From assembly GCA_951406725.2 (NCBI GenBank), contig OX597819.1, positions 37,572,001 to 37,636,000 on the forward strand: a stretch of 64,000 nucleotides of DNA, read 5' to 3'. A program made the translations under genes and the position numbers. This DNA comes from Octopus vulgaris (Eukaryota). A model generated the notes under the pieces. That model was not told the origin of the DNA and did not search any database. It saw only the letters and a program-made list of their open reading frames with translations. The first letter of the stretch is position 1. Each line of letters begins with the position of its first letter. Shown here in pieces: positions 41,330 to 52,560 of the stretch.

Positions 41330-41907
41330 ATTGTGTGATGTCAGTGTACATGTGTGAAAGAGCATTGGTGTATTGAGAGAGAAGCTGGACATGAGAGGAA
41401 TTATATGCAGTGTGCAAGAGAGGAGACTGTGCTGGTTTAGTCATGTGATACAGATGGATGAAGACAGTTGCATGAAGAAATGTTGATCACTTTAAAGTGG
41501 GGAGAAGTTCTGGAAGAGGGACACCGAGGAAGACATGAGACAAAGTATTGATGGCTGATCTCGAAATGCTGAACCTTACAAAGGAGATGACAGAGGACTG
41601 AGATATGTGGCACATTGCTGTACTTGAGAAGACCCACCCACCAAAACAGAATTGAGATCCTAAAACCAAGGTGCCATATAAAAAGCACTGGTACTGATGC
41701 CACTTAAAAGCACTGGTGCTGGTGCTACATAAAAAAGCACCCAGTACACTTTGTGGAGTGTTTGGCATTAGGAAGGGTATCCAGCTGTAGAAACCAAGCC
41801 AAAACAGACTATGGAACTTTAGTGCAGCCCCTAACCTTACCAGCTCCTGTCAAGCCGTCCAACCCATGCCAGCATGGAAAAATGGATGTTGAATGATGAT
41901 GATGATA
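41330..41907 (+). mobile_element. RTE LINE 3' part (older subfamily)
   Basis: RRLCWFSHVIQMDEDSCMKKC, GRGTPRKT, then 3' UTR and (GAT)n tail. Confidence 0.85.
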
Positions 41908-42140
41908 TGTGTGTCTTTGTATTTGTGTTTGATTCCCTACCACCTCTTGGCAACCAGAGTTGGTTTGTTTACATTCCTCTAACTCAGCAGTTCAGCAAAA
42001 GAGTCAGAATAAGTACTAAGCTTAAAATAAAAAGTTACTGGAAGTCAATTCATTCAACTACAACCCTTCGTGGCAGTACCCCCAGCATGGTCGCAGTCTG
42101 ATGATTGAAACAAGTAAAGGATAAAAAAAAAAAGATAAAA
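41908..42140 (+). mobile_element. 3' half of the 63266-family SINE
   Basis: tggcaaccagagttggtttgtttac...agaataagtact...cccagcatggtcgcagtc...gaaacaagtaaa. Confidence 0.7.
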
Positions 42141-43008
42141 TTTCAGCTTAAATAATTAAATTAATTATTTTGATAAATTTTTCATTATTTTCAAAATTAA
42201 TTGTAACAAAGGCAATGCATTTCAGCAGAAAAATGGAAACAAAAAAGGTTAATAACATTCCATATTCAATTTAAATAAGATGTCAGGTTGTCTCCCCTGT
42301 TTTTTTTAATCAGAATTAATCATTTAGAAAGTTACTATTCTCATCACTATGGATATAATTTTCATTTATTAAAATGGCTGTGTTTGCAACATCAGATATA
42401 TGACCACTCTTTTTACTATAAATTTTCATGCAGGAGGCATCTCTCTCTTGTCCTACAACAATTCACAAGGAGTGTTAGACATTAAACCCTGTCTCACAGA
42501 CTAAGGGAGCCTGAGCAGTCATTGGATACTAACTTTCCTCAGACTAACCTATGAGAAATTCTCAGAGACACCAGACTGCTATAATGATATTCAGTATTAT
42601 TGAAGTGCCTTTTCCCATTAGACCTATTCAGTATTGAAGATGGAGCAGAGCAAGTACAACCGTTTGTTTTACATCCCTTTTTCAATGCTGACAGGAGCTA
42701 AAAAAGATTTATTTCAGATAATATTTTACAGCTGGATGTCTCTCTTGTTGCCAAGTTTACCTGTGTGTGTGTGTGTGTTTAAATAAGAAATGTCTTATCC
42801 TGCTAGTCTGCAAATGTGTAGAATTATGAGTGTATAGTTTACAAGAAATGTAAATATGACATAGCTGTTTTGTTTAGTTGATGCAGAATTTCAATAATTA
42901 CACATATATACATAATATGTGTATATATATATATACATGTATATATATATGTGTGTGTGTATATATATATATATATATAAACATATTCATAATATATGTA
43001 TGTATATA

Positions 43009-43680
43009 TCATCATCATTGTTTAGCATCCGCTTTCCATGCTAGCATGGGTTGGACAATTTGACTGAGGACTGGTGAACCAGATGGCTGCACCAGGCTCC
43101 AATCTTGATCTGGCAGAGTTTCTACAGCTGGATGCCCTTCCTAATGCCAACCACTCCGAGAGTGTAGTGGGTGCTACCGGCACGAGGGCCAGTCAGGCAG
43201 TACTGGCAACGGCCATGCTCAAAAGGTGATTTTTATGTGCCACCTGCACAGGAGCCAGTCCAGTGGCACTGGCAACGACCTCGCTTGAATGTTTTTTCAC
43301 ATGCCACTGGCACAAGTGGCAGTAAGGCGACGCTGGTAATGATCACACACAAATGGTGCTTTTTATGTACCACTGACATGGAAGCCAGTTAGCTGCTCTG
43401 GCAACGATCATGCTCGGATGGTGCTCTTAGCGCTCCACTAGCACGGATGCCAGTCATAAAATTTGATTTTGATTTCACTTGCCTCAACAGGTCTTCACAA
43501 GCAGAGTTTAGTGTCCAATGAAGGAAAGGTATGCATAAGTGGGCTGGTTACACCCCTGGCATAGACCACGAGGTTATGGTCTCATCTGGCTTGCCAGGTC
43601 TTCTCAAGCACAGTATATTACCAAAAGTCTTGGTCACTAGTCATTGCCTCGGTGAGGCCTAATGTTTGAAGGTCGTGCTT
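43009..43680 (-). mobile_element. RTE LINE 3' UTR fragment between (TA)n tracts
   Basis: (CAT)n tail at 43009; repeated gtgccac..gcac modules; end of the RT coding region near 43600-43680. Confidence 0.88.
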
Positions 43681-43726
43681 TATATATATATATATATATA
43701 TACATCTATATATATATACACACATA

Positions 43727-43947
43727 CATGAAGGGTTGCTGAAAAGATCCTGACTTTGGGTAAAAGAAAATACAGGATGACCAGTTACTTATGATTTTAT
43801 TTAACATACTTCCCTCTAAGATTGACAAACTTATTGCAACTGTCCTTAAGTTTTTCTAAGCCCTGTAAAAGAACTTGGAAGGTTGGGCCTCCAACCAGGT
43901 CTTTCACATTACCCTGCAAGCCAGAAACCTTTCAGTACCCCTTTGTA
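43727..43947. mobile_element. Mariner-type MITE (~220 bp)
   Basis: Imperfect TIRs gaagggttgctgaaaagatcctgactt / aagccagaaacctttcagtacccctt; TA flanks. Confidence 0.7.
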
Positions 43948-44389
43948 TATACTTTGAAGATTTTTTTTTTTGTTATGGCTGGTCAGCTTAATAGATGCGA
44001 AACCAATGGTCACTCTCTCACCATTCATAACAAAGAACCTTCTAAGAGGATGCTTCATTTCTGATTTATGAAGTACTGCATGTGTGTGTGTGTGTTTGCC
44101 CCAGGTATGACTTTAAACTGCATCCAGTAGTGAAGCCCTGGTTCGTGAATTCTTGGGTTTTGAGGGGTGCGGAACCACCTCTTGGCCTCTATTGTTCCTA
44201 GGTTAACTCTGACCTGGAGTAGTAACATCTGTCAGGATCCCAGCTCTTGGTTATTTAGCTTGTCTCTGGAAGAAGATCATGCACAGACACCTGCAATGGA
44301 CTCTGGGTAGATGAGATCTTTGAACTCTTTAGCTGCTCGTCCAAGAGAAGGAAACTGCATGCAGATTCTGACTCCTGATAACTACTGGG

Positions 44390-46085
44390 CTCATGGCACT
44401 TGTTACACCAGACCAGTACAAGTTTGAAGGATGATAGAGTGGGACTGTTTCTACACAAACCATGCCCAAGATTGTTCAGCAAACCAAGACATCAATACCC
44501 TTATCATCACACTTATCTCATCAGTCCAATGGTGACAGGGAAAGAGGCAATGAGGACAAATAGGGGCTGCTACTGGAAGTCTTTGTTCTGACCTCATACA
44601 CACAGCCCAACCTTTCACTTCATCAAAATATTTGAAAGTGTGATAAGATCAAGAATAACTGGCTTCCTGGAGAGCTACAATCTCCTAAATTCCAACCAGC
44701 AAGGCTTTCATTACAACAGTGACTAATGCAGCTTCTACATCACTTTAATGACATCCTGACAGTTTTGAAAGCGAGCATAACTGATGTTAAATAACTTGTC
44801 TGCAGCAAACCTTTGACAATGTCAACCACAACATCTTACTGATCAATCTGTCCAATACTGGAATCTGTGGAAAACTGCTGCAATAAATCAAGTATTTCCT
44901 GCTGAACAAGCCCAACATGTTTTGATCGATGAAGTCCACTGAAGCTCAACAAAAGTCACAAGCGGGATTCTCCAAAGGACTGTGCTGCATTCACTTTTCA
45001 CGATGTCTATAAATAAATCTCATATGTCATCAAACACAGCTAAATGAAAAATACCCACTACACTCACGGAGTGGTTGGCGTTAGGAAGGGCATCCAGCCG
45101 TAGAAACACTGCCAGATCAGACTGGGCCAGGTACAGCCTTCTGGCTTCCCAGACCCCAGTTGAACCGTCCAACCCATGCTAGCATGGAAAGCGGATGCTA
45201 AACGATGATGATGATGATTCCAAGCTTCAAAAAAAAACATCAACAGTGAAAAATACCAATGGACAAACAAAAGCAACATGCTGCTGAATGAGAGACAATT
45301 TCAAGTCATGCTCTTTGGAAAAGAGAATGTGCCCTTCAGAACCATTCATATGATATCTGACAATATCAAAGACTAAGGAGGACTTTAGATTAATTCTCAA
45401 CAATAATTTCAGCTGGAGTGCTCATACCAACAATAAAGTCAATATAACTCACAAGATGAGATCCTGGAGGCTCAAAATTTTCCAGTTCAGAGAGCCAGAT
45501 GTCATCATCCCAGTTTCCTCCTTTATATAGTCACACCTATAATACTGTTGTCTCCTGTCTTCCCATACCAAACATAAAATTCTGAGAATTGTGACACCCC
45601 AGGGAGTAATGACAAAAAAATAAATGGCACAACTGATCTTGGTTGATGGAATTGTCTTAAAACTTTGGATGTCTATACATCTTTTGTACAATATGGAGAA
45701 CATACCACCAGCATTGCCCAAATGACCTTAACATCAAGTTCATAATTCATTTAAGGCCCACTCCCATATACTTCCTATACAAATCAGGTCCACAACATAA
45801 AACCACATTGCAGCACAATTAATTTTATTCAATTGGCCCACCTTTATTTATTATAACTCAAAACAAATCAAAGCAGAAAAAGATTACCAAGCTGTTAAAT
45901 GATATCTGAACTAATTGTTTTTCAGGGAATACTAGACAAACCAACAATACTTGGATACATCTCAGTCAACAATAGCCCCCTACTTGAATGGAGTATGATG
46001 CTACACAACTTGACTGAAAATGACTTAAAAGAACCTTTCAAGTAGTACAATTAAGTCAGATGTAGTCTAAGCCAATTTTGGACAA
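44390..46085 (+). mobile_element. Decayed CR1-like LINE RT
   Basis: LLNSNQQGF, FDNVNHNILL, SGILQRTVL (compare SGVPQGTVL), DDSKL and YCC motifs in RT order. Confidence 0.75.
45053..45218 (+). mobile_element. RTE 3' fragment nested in the CR1-like RT
   Basis: cccactacactcacggagtggttggcgttaggaagggcatcc...aacgatgatgatgatgat. Confidence 0.9.
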
Positions 46086-46119
46086 AACATGTTTTTGTGT
46101 GTGTGTGTGTGTGTGTGTA

Positions 46120-46151
<32 letters not shown>

Positions 46152-47004
46152 CTATTGCAGATAATTGCTGAACCTACACTAGGTTCATCCCACCTTTTGA
46201 CAGGTCTTGTTTTAAGTCCTGCTGGATTTTCTAGCAATCCTCCTAATCAGGCAAGGCTAGTGAGACCTTACAATGCCCAATCAAGTAGGAGGGCATTATG
46301 ATAAGCATGGAATTCATGGGTGTGAACCCAGGTGCAGCTGACAACTGGTTCAATAACCTCATACATTGGCATTGCTGACATTTTGCATAGGTAATGATCA
46401 GTGTCTACACATGACACTAGCATTAATGAGGTTGGCAAGTAACCTGCAAGACAAAGAAAAGGAAGAAACACCCTTGACTGAGTGGGCTTGTAGTCAATGG
46501 GGAGGTAGCTTTATGCTGGGTGTCGAGAGGCTAAAGTATAATTGAGGGACAAATACAGATGTCTTGCTACAGAAGAGACACATGGCTACCTTGCATTATA
46601 TAAGAGTGGGTGGGAGAAACTGGAAAGAAGATACAGATATTGGTGACAAGATATCAGAGCATACTCTCGATCTACAAGTAGGCGAGTAAAGAAAGAATTT
46701 GGACTGGGGATTGCAAAGGCATTTAAATGAGTTAAAGACTATTAAAAGAGAATGATATATGGTTAATAATGGAAGTAAAGGTTAATCTAGTGAAAAATGT
46801 ACAAGGGTAGTGGTGTGGTTAATGGTAAATATGAATATGGAAGCAAGGGTAAAAAAATAGCTTAGGGATGAGGAGGTGGTAAATGGCAGTATAGGAGGGG
46901 TGGAGAGCAGTTTTATAATAAACATGTAGATATATTATAAAATAGGGAAATGAAGTTCAGGGTGGAAGAGAAAGAGAGATGAACAGGGACAGAGATGGAA
47001 GTCA

Positions 47005-47750
47005 TTGCATTTACTGCCATATTTACATTCTTACAAATATATTTGATTGATTTGACAGAATTGCAAAATTCCACATGGATGTGTGCATTGAAAATTTTGT
47101 ACAATATTGGAACAATCCACCTGTTATCAATTTCTAACTGACAATTCTACCATACTCTAATATTTGCTCTGAATCCTCTCTAGCATGGTTTATAACGTCT
47201 GTAGAGTGGATAACCATCATATCCCATTTGATTTTTATTTAAAAATTGCTTTGGATAGTGTTTGGTGCACTTACCATCCACCATACAAATAGCATTGGAA
47301 TTCATTGTACCACATGGACCATGAACCATCTATATTTTCACAGTTTCAAATAGTTCTAGGTCTCTTTCTGGATCTGGTAACTGAGCACTAATGATGGTAT
47401 CAATTTGGTCGAGACAAACTTTTTCATGTAACCAAAACAGCATATGTGTACGAAGAAGGCCCCTCTTTAGCCATTAAATAGTGTACATATGACAAATAAT
47501 TAGTCCAAAAATGGCAATATTCGTGTTGGTGATCAGATAAACCAATTTCAGAACTTTTTGACAAAATACTTTTGCAATAATATCATGTCAATGATGGAGT
47601 TCTTGATCTGGAAGAAGGTTAAATATTATTTCTTCCCATTTCGGGTTGCAGGTGAAAGTGGCAAAAAGATCTGTTTTCCATATGTCCTGAAATGTCATAG
47701 CGTCTTGTGTTCATTCATGGATGATGGGAGTTGCCCCATGTTTTGAATAT
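47005..47750 (-). mobile_element. Helitron RepHel fragment (Rep/HUH domain), pseudogenised
   Basis: DLFATFTCNPKWEEI (motif 1), MYTI*WLKRGLLRTHM (compare EWQKRGLPHAH, motif 2), MVHGPCG, GYDGYPLYRR and FNAHIHVEFCNSVKSIKYICK (motif 3). Confidence 0.9.
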
Positions 47751-47774
47751 CACCATCTGTCCTCAGAGTATCTT

Positions 47775-48016
47775 GGAGATGACTCACATACATGTAGTAG
47801 GACAGACAAAAATAGCTTTACACCTCATTTTCACTCCCATCCTATATCAAGAGAGGGAGCCCTGATATAGAGGATGCAGAAGCACCATGTACCAAAATAT
47901 ACAATACTGCAAACAAACAGAAGAGAAAGGAGCCATGGTGGAGTTGTGTTGTATACATCTGTGAAGACTTCACACCCCCAAGTCTTACTGTCATACTCAA
48001 ATTCAGTATGTGACAC
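47775..48016 (+). mobile_element. LINE AP-endonuclease N-terminal fragment
   Basis: YTILQTNRRERSHGGVVLY resembles the APE motif YxxxRxDRxxxxGGGVxxY. Confidence 0.55.
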
Positions 48017-48029
48017 TCAAAAGAGGGTG

Positions 48030-48396
48030 GATGAATGTATACATGGGTGTGTGGGCACGCATGTGTAGGTATGAACAGGTGTGCTTACGCGAATGCTATG
48101 TACATTTTTAACCCCTTACTTTTACTCCCTCCCCTTACTTAGCGGTCATTCAAATAGCTCTTTTGCCTTACTAACGGTCAATCACACAGCAATTTCCCTT
48201 TGTATAATGGTCATTTTTCATAGCATTTTTACAATGGCTGGATAACTGAAGAGATGGTGGCGTGGATTTCCACCTTGGCATCCGAAACTCGGAGTTTTAT
48301 CATGGCTACTGAATAATTGTCACATATTACATTAGATAAATTCTTACATAATATCGAGGTCTCTTTCTTTCTTTTGTTGTCTTACCATTTTTATCA
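48030..48396 (+). mobile_element. Solo Penelope-like terminal repeat or retrozyme-like unit
   Basis: Three ~32 bp imperfect tandem repeats (48135-48230), then a hammerhead motif and a T-rich end abutting (TA)n. Confidence 0.55.
48241..48301 (+). ncRNA. Type I hammerhead ribozyme motif
   Basis: GATAA-CTGAAGA-GATG..GTGGA TT TCCAC..CATC-C-GAAA-CT CGG AG-TT-TTATC: stem I GATAA/TTATC, both core boxes intact, GUU triplet at 48294-48296. Confidence 0.65.
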
Positions 48397-48439
48397 ATAT
48401 ATATATATACAATATATATATATATAACACATATATAAT

Positions 48440-48890
48440 ATGAGGAAATGACGAAAGACCAAGATCTCTGGAGATATGCTGTGACTGCGAAGACAAATGA
48501 AGTGACTTCGTGGCTCGCAGGATGGCCTGCTGTGCTTACCTTGGATTGTAGAGTGACCCGTTGTGCTTGAGGAGACCTATTGAGTCAAGCACGTCAACAG
48601 CAACATCAAAATAAAAATCAAATGGAAATTGTAGTTGTGATACCTGTGCCGGTGGCACATAAAAAGCACCATCCGAACGTGGCTGATGCCAGCGTCACCT
48701 GACTGGCATCCGTGTCGGTGACATGTAAAAAGCACCAACTGATCATGGGCATTGCCAGCCTCCTCTAGCACCTGTGCCGGTGGCACATGAAAAGCACCCA
48801 CTACACTCACGGTGTGGTTGGTGTTAGGAAGGGCATCCAGCCATAGAAACACTGCCAGATCAGACTGGAGCCTGGTGCAGCCTCCTGGCT
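48440..48890 (+). mobile_element. RTE 3' fragment (same subfamily as 12578-14125), cut at its 3' end
   Basis: Reverse-complement match to about 12645-13095; ends abruptly at the PLE junction. Confidence 0.88.
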
Positions 48891-49872
48891 GTGAGAAAGT
48901 ATTTTACGTTTCGAGCCTACACTCTTTGACAGAAAGAAACATAGAAATAAACAGGGAGAGAAAATAGAAAAAGGTTTAGTGGCTAGCAATCTGTTAGGGG
49001 TCACACAGGAGAGCTAGGAACAAGGGGAGATAATAAAGTAGAGAGGATCCCAAAACGAAGGTGCATATGTGTGTGTATGTGCATGGATGATAGTGTAGGT
49101 GCTGGGATGTTTGTCAGTGCTAGTGTGTGCACTGGTGTGAGTGCTGGGAAGTGGTCAGTGCTAGTGTGTGGGGTGGGGTGATGTGGTGGTGTTGGGGTGT
49201 GGGGAGGTGAGAGTGGCAGAAGCAAGGGTGGTGGGTTTAAGGGATGGAGTGGGGGTCTAAGGGGTGGGGTGTGATGAAATGTATAGGGATGGTGGGGTTG
49301 GAATGTGTAGGGGTAAGGTAAAGAAGGAGGGGTGACGATGAAAGAAGAGGGTGTGGGGGTGGGGTGGGGGTGGTTTTGGGGGGTGGAGGAAGCAAGGGTG
49401 GGGGTCTAAGGGATGGGGTGGTGTGGGATGCAATATATAGGGATGGTGGGGTTGGAATGTGTAGGGGTGGGGTAAAGAGAGAGGGGTGAAGATGTAGGGA
49501 GAAGGTGGGTAGGAGTGAAGAGAGAAAGTAGGTGACAGAACAAGAGAGGAGAGGTGTGTGGGAAGAAGTAGGTGTGAGAGGAAGAGAGGAGGGTTAGATG
49601 AAGAGGGCAAGAGAGTTGAACCCATGTGGCACAAAGGAGTGAAGAGAGAAGTTTAATTCCTGCTCATGACAAAGGCGGGAGTCCGGATGACCTCTGTGCA
49701 AGGACAATCCGAACACAGACAGGTGTTGTAAAGAGTGATCGGTAGAGCTGAAATGGTACGAGACTGGGGTGTCATTGCTGAATCTGATGTCTTGGAGGGT
49801 TCCACAAACTAGTCAGCCAAGCAGCATCCCGTTTGACCGATGTATAGAGAAGGACAGAGAGAACAGGAGATG
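48891..49872 (-). mobile_element. Penelope-like element 3' end: GIY-YIG C-terminal part, C-rich UTR and terminal hammerhead relic
   Basis: CSLCPSLYIGQTG..LAD*F.E..DIR...PVSYHFSSTDHSL..LSVFGL...EQE..FSLHSFVPHGFNS at about 49610-49870; CTGTCAA-A-GAGT GTAG GCTC-GAAACGT at 48906-48932. Confidence 0.85.
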
Positions 49873-50687
49873 CAGTATCAGACATGGTGTGCAAGAGAGA
49901 CGGCTGTGCTGGTATGATCATGTGATGCATATGGATGAGGACAGTTGTGTAAAGAAGTGCTGATCTCTAACTGTGGAGGGGACCTGTGGTAGAGGTAGAT
50001 TCAGGAAGACATGAGATGAAGCGGTGAAGCATGACCTTGAAACTTTGAACCTCACAAAGGCAATGACTAGTGACCGAGACCTTTGGCGATGTGCTCTGCT
50101 TAAGAGGACCCATCAAGCCAAGTGCACCCATGCTGGTGGCACATAAAATAATCAATCTTTGAATGTCAGGCCCCACAGAGGCAAAGTGGTTGAGTACCTT
50201 TTGAGCACTGGGCCTGACAGAGGCAAAGTGACTCAGTTCCTTTTGAGCATTGGGCAGCATGGAGACAAAGTGGCTGAGTTCCTTTCAAGAGTTGAGCCTT
50301 ACGGAGGTGAGGTGGCTGATGTCCTTTCAAGTGTTGGGCCTCATGTAGGTAAAATCACCAAGTTCCTTTTGAGTGTTAGGCCTCATGAAGGCAATGACCA
50401 AAACCTTTGGCATTATGTTATGCTTGAGAAGAAGACCCATCAAGCTGAGTAAAATCGCAGTCACGACAGATAACGGTGACATGCAAATAGCACCCATGCC
50501 AGTGGCACATAAAGCACCTATTACACTTTCAGAGTGGTTGACATTAGGAAGGGCATCCAGCTGTAGAAAATCATGCCAAATCAGACTGGATCCTGGCGCA
50601 GCCTTCCAGTGTGCCAGCCCAGTCAAACCATCCAACCCATGCCAGTATGGACAACGGACATTAAATGATGAGGATGATGATGATGAT
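49873..50687 (+). mobile_element. RTE LINE 3' part with an internal 42-bp array
   Basis: VQERRLCWYDHVMHMDEDSCVKKC, 3' UTR and (GAT)n tail at about 50665-50687. Confidence 0.88.
50157..50408 (+). repeat. 42-bp tandem array, 6 units
   Basis: Unit starts at 50157, 50199, 50241, 50283, 50325 and 50367 (approximately ttttgag.gttgggcctcatggaggcaaagtg.ctgagttcc). Confidence 0.9.
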
Positions 50688-51886
50688 ATATATATGTATG
50701 TATGTACATGTAAGAATGTATTCGACACACACTCACAGATTTACATTTGAGATAGAATATTTATGCAAGTGCACATACTTAAGCAATGTAAATCGTAGAG
50801 TATCTAAGCAACATTATAATATTTCATATATCACCTTGGTTGATAAGAAAAATCCTTCTATGACATATATAGAAAAAAGAAAAGGGAATATTTTTGTTTA
50901 TTGTTGAGCTGAATTCAAAGAAGTTTGTTTTTAACTTTTATTTTATTTTAAAGGTCAATATTTCCCAAGTTATAAATAAACTTAGCCAAAAGAACATTTT
51001 TCTTTTTTTTTTTCAGAAAACTGTTATAGACTTGTTGGCTGTTAGTGTTGTTGTTTTAATAATACTATCATACAACAAGTTTGCAAGCTTATTGACACAA
51101 ACCGGACCTAGCAAAAATTCCATTATGACAATCTACGCAAACAACAATGGTAGGGGGTGCTATGCTATAAGGCAGTTGTGATAAAACGTTTTTTTTATTT
51201 AATTCTTTTTATTCTTATAGTTTTTCTCACTCTCTCTCTTTCTTTCTTTCTCTCTCTCTCTCTCTCCTTCAAATACTTTCATCCACTCCTAAACCTCTAC
51301 GGATCCATTCATATATTTTTCTTATATTTCATTACCTTTGATTCTAAGTAAAATAAGAATGACCTGGATCAAACTAACTATTGCATGAGATTGAGCCACA
51401 TATGTATTTAGACACACACACAAGTATAAATATGAACAAAGACTATAGATGCAGGGTTGATGGTTTGGTTCAGAAGTTCACTTTACACTTTAGTGAGATT
51501 TTGTGAGGTGTTTTTCTTAGAAGCTTAAATCCCCCACTAGGTTTAAACTAAACTTTTATAAAACCATGGTAATAAAAAAAAAATATTATATGGATGAAAA
51601 TCTTCAAGGAAGGGCTAAAATTTTCTTAATATTTTTTTAATGAGATCTTGTATTTTTCAATTTGGGAACTACTAATTTAGGGCTTGATCTCATTGTGTGA
51701 CACTTTAGCCAAGTATTTTGTGTCATGACCACAGATCAACCAAAGCATTTTGAGAGAAGTGTGCAAGGCAGAGACTGCTAGAAAGACTATCCTTATTTGT
51801 TAGGTGGTAGATTTTATCTGTTGCCCCATTTGACGTCACCATCTGACCTTCATTGTCTTTAGCAGAGTCTACTTCATTGCATGAAC

Positions 51887-52560
51887 TTAATCCTTTAGCA
51901 TTTAAACCAACCATATCTGGCCTTAATATTCTACTTGTTTTCTGTTCAAACTGGCTAGATCTGGCTTCTCACAACTATCCTACAATGACATTCTGAAAAT
52001 AAGCAATCACATTATTGAAATCTCAAAGCCACAAAGATAATGCCAGATTAATTAAAAACAATGTGAATAAATAAGCATTGCATTTGATAGAATAATTTGA
52101 ATGTTAACCCTTTTGTTACCAGCCCAGCTGAAACCGGCTCTGGCTCTTTAGTACAAATGTCTGGTTTTCAAAAGTTCTGAATCAAAATCCTCCGCCAAAC
52201 CTTAGTTACAAATTATGTCCCTAACACTAGCTTCATGATAATGATGTTATTTTACTTAATTCTTTGTTATATTTAAAATAATTGGAAGAAAGACAGAGCA
52301 TCTCAAAATAAATACACTAACGAAAGGGTTAAAGGGTTAAACTGGCCATATCCTGCCAAAATATTCTACTTGCTTTTTATATTCAAATCGGCCAGATCCA
52401 GCCTCTCACATCTATCCTACAGTGTCAGTTTAAAAATAAACTATCACATCATTGAAATCTTGATGCTACAAGATAATGCATGGTTAATTCAAAACAACGT
52501 AAACAATGTGGTTAAATAAGCACAACATTTGACAGAATAATCTAAATCCTAGAAAGTTAA
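51887..52560. mobile_element. Cluster of piggyBac-like (TTAA) MITEs
   Basis: Family A (ccctttagcatttaaac...agggttaa) at 51891-52336 contains family B (52108-52328, CCCTTT...AAAGGG, TTAA duplicated at 52104 and 52329); a partial family A copy follows at 52341-52560. Confidence 0.8.

Noticed and set aside
49001-49634. Pro/His-rich ORFs
   Set aside because: By-product of the C-rich low-complexity PLE UTR.
50157-50408. CRISPR-like appearance of the 42-bp array (and of the 95-bp array at 55505)
   Set aside because: The units are contiguous diverged repeats without unique spacers, there are no cas genes, and the context is eukaryotic TE sequence.
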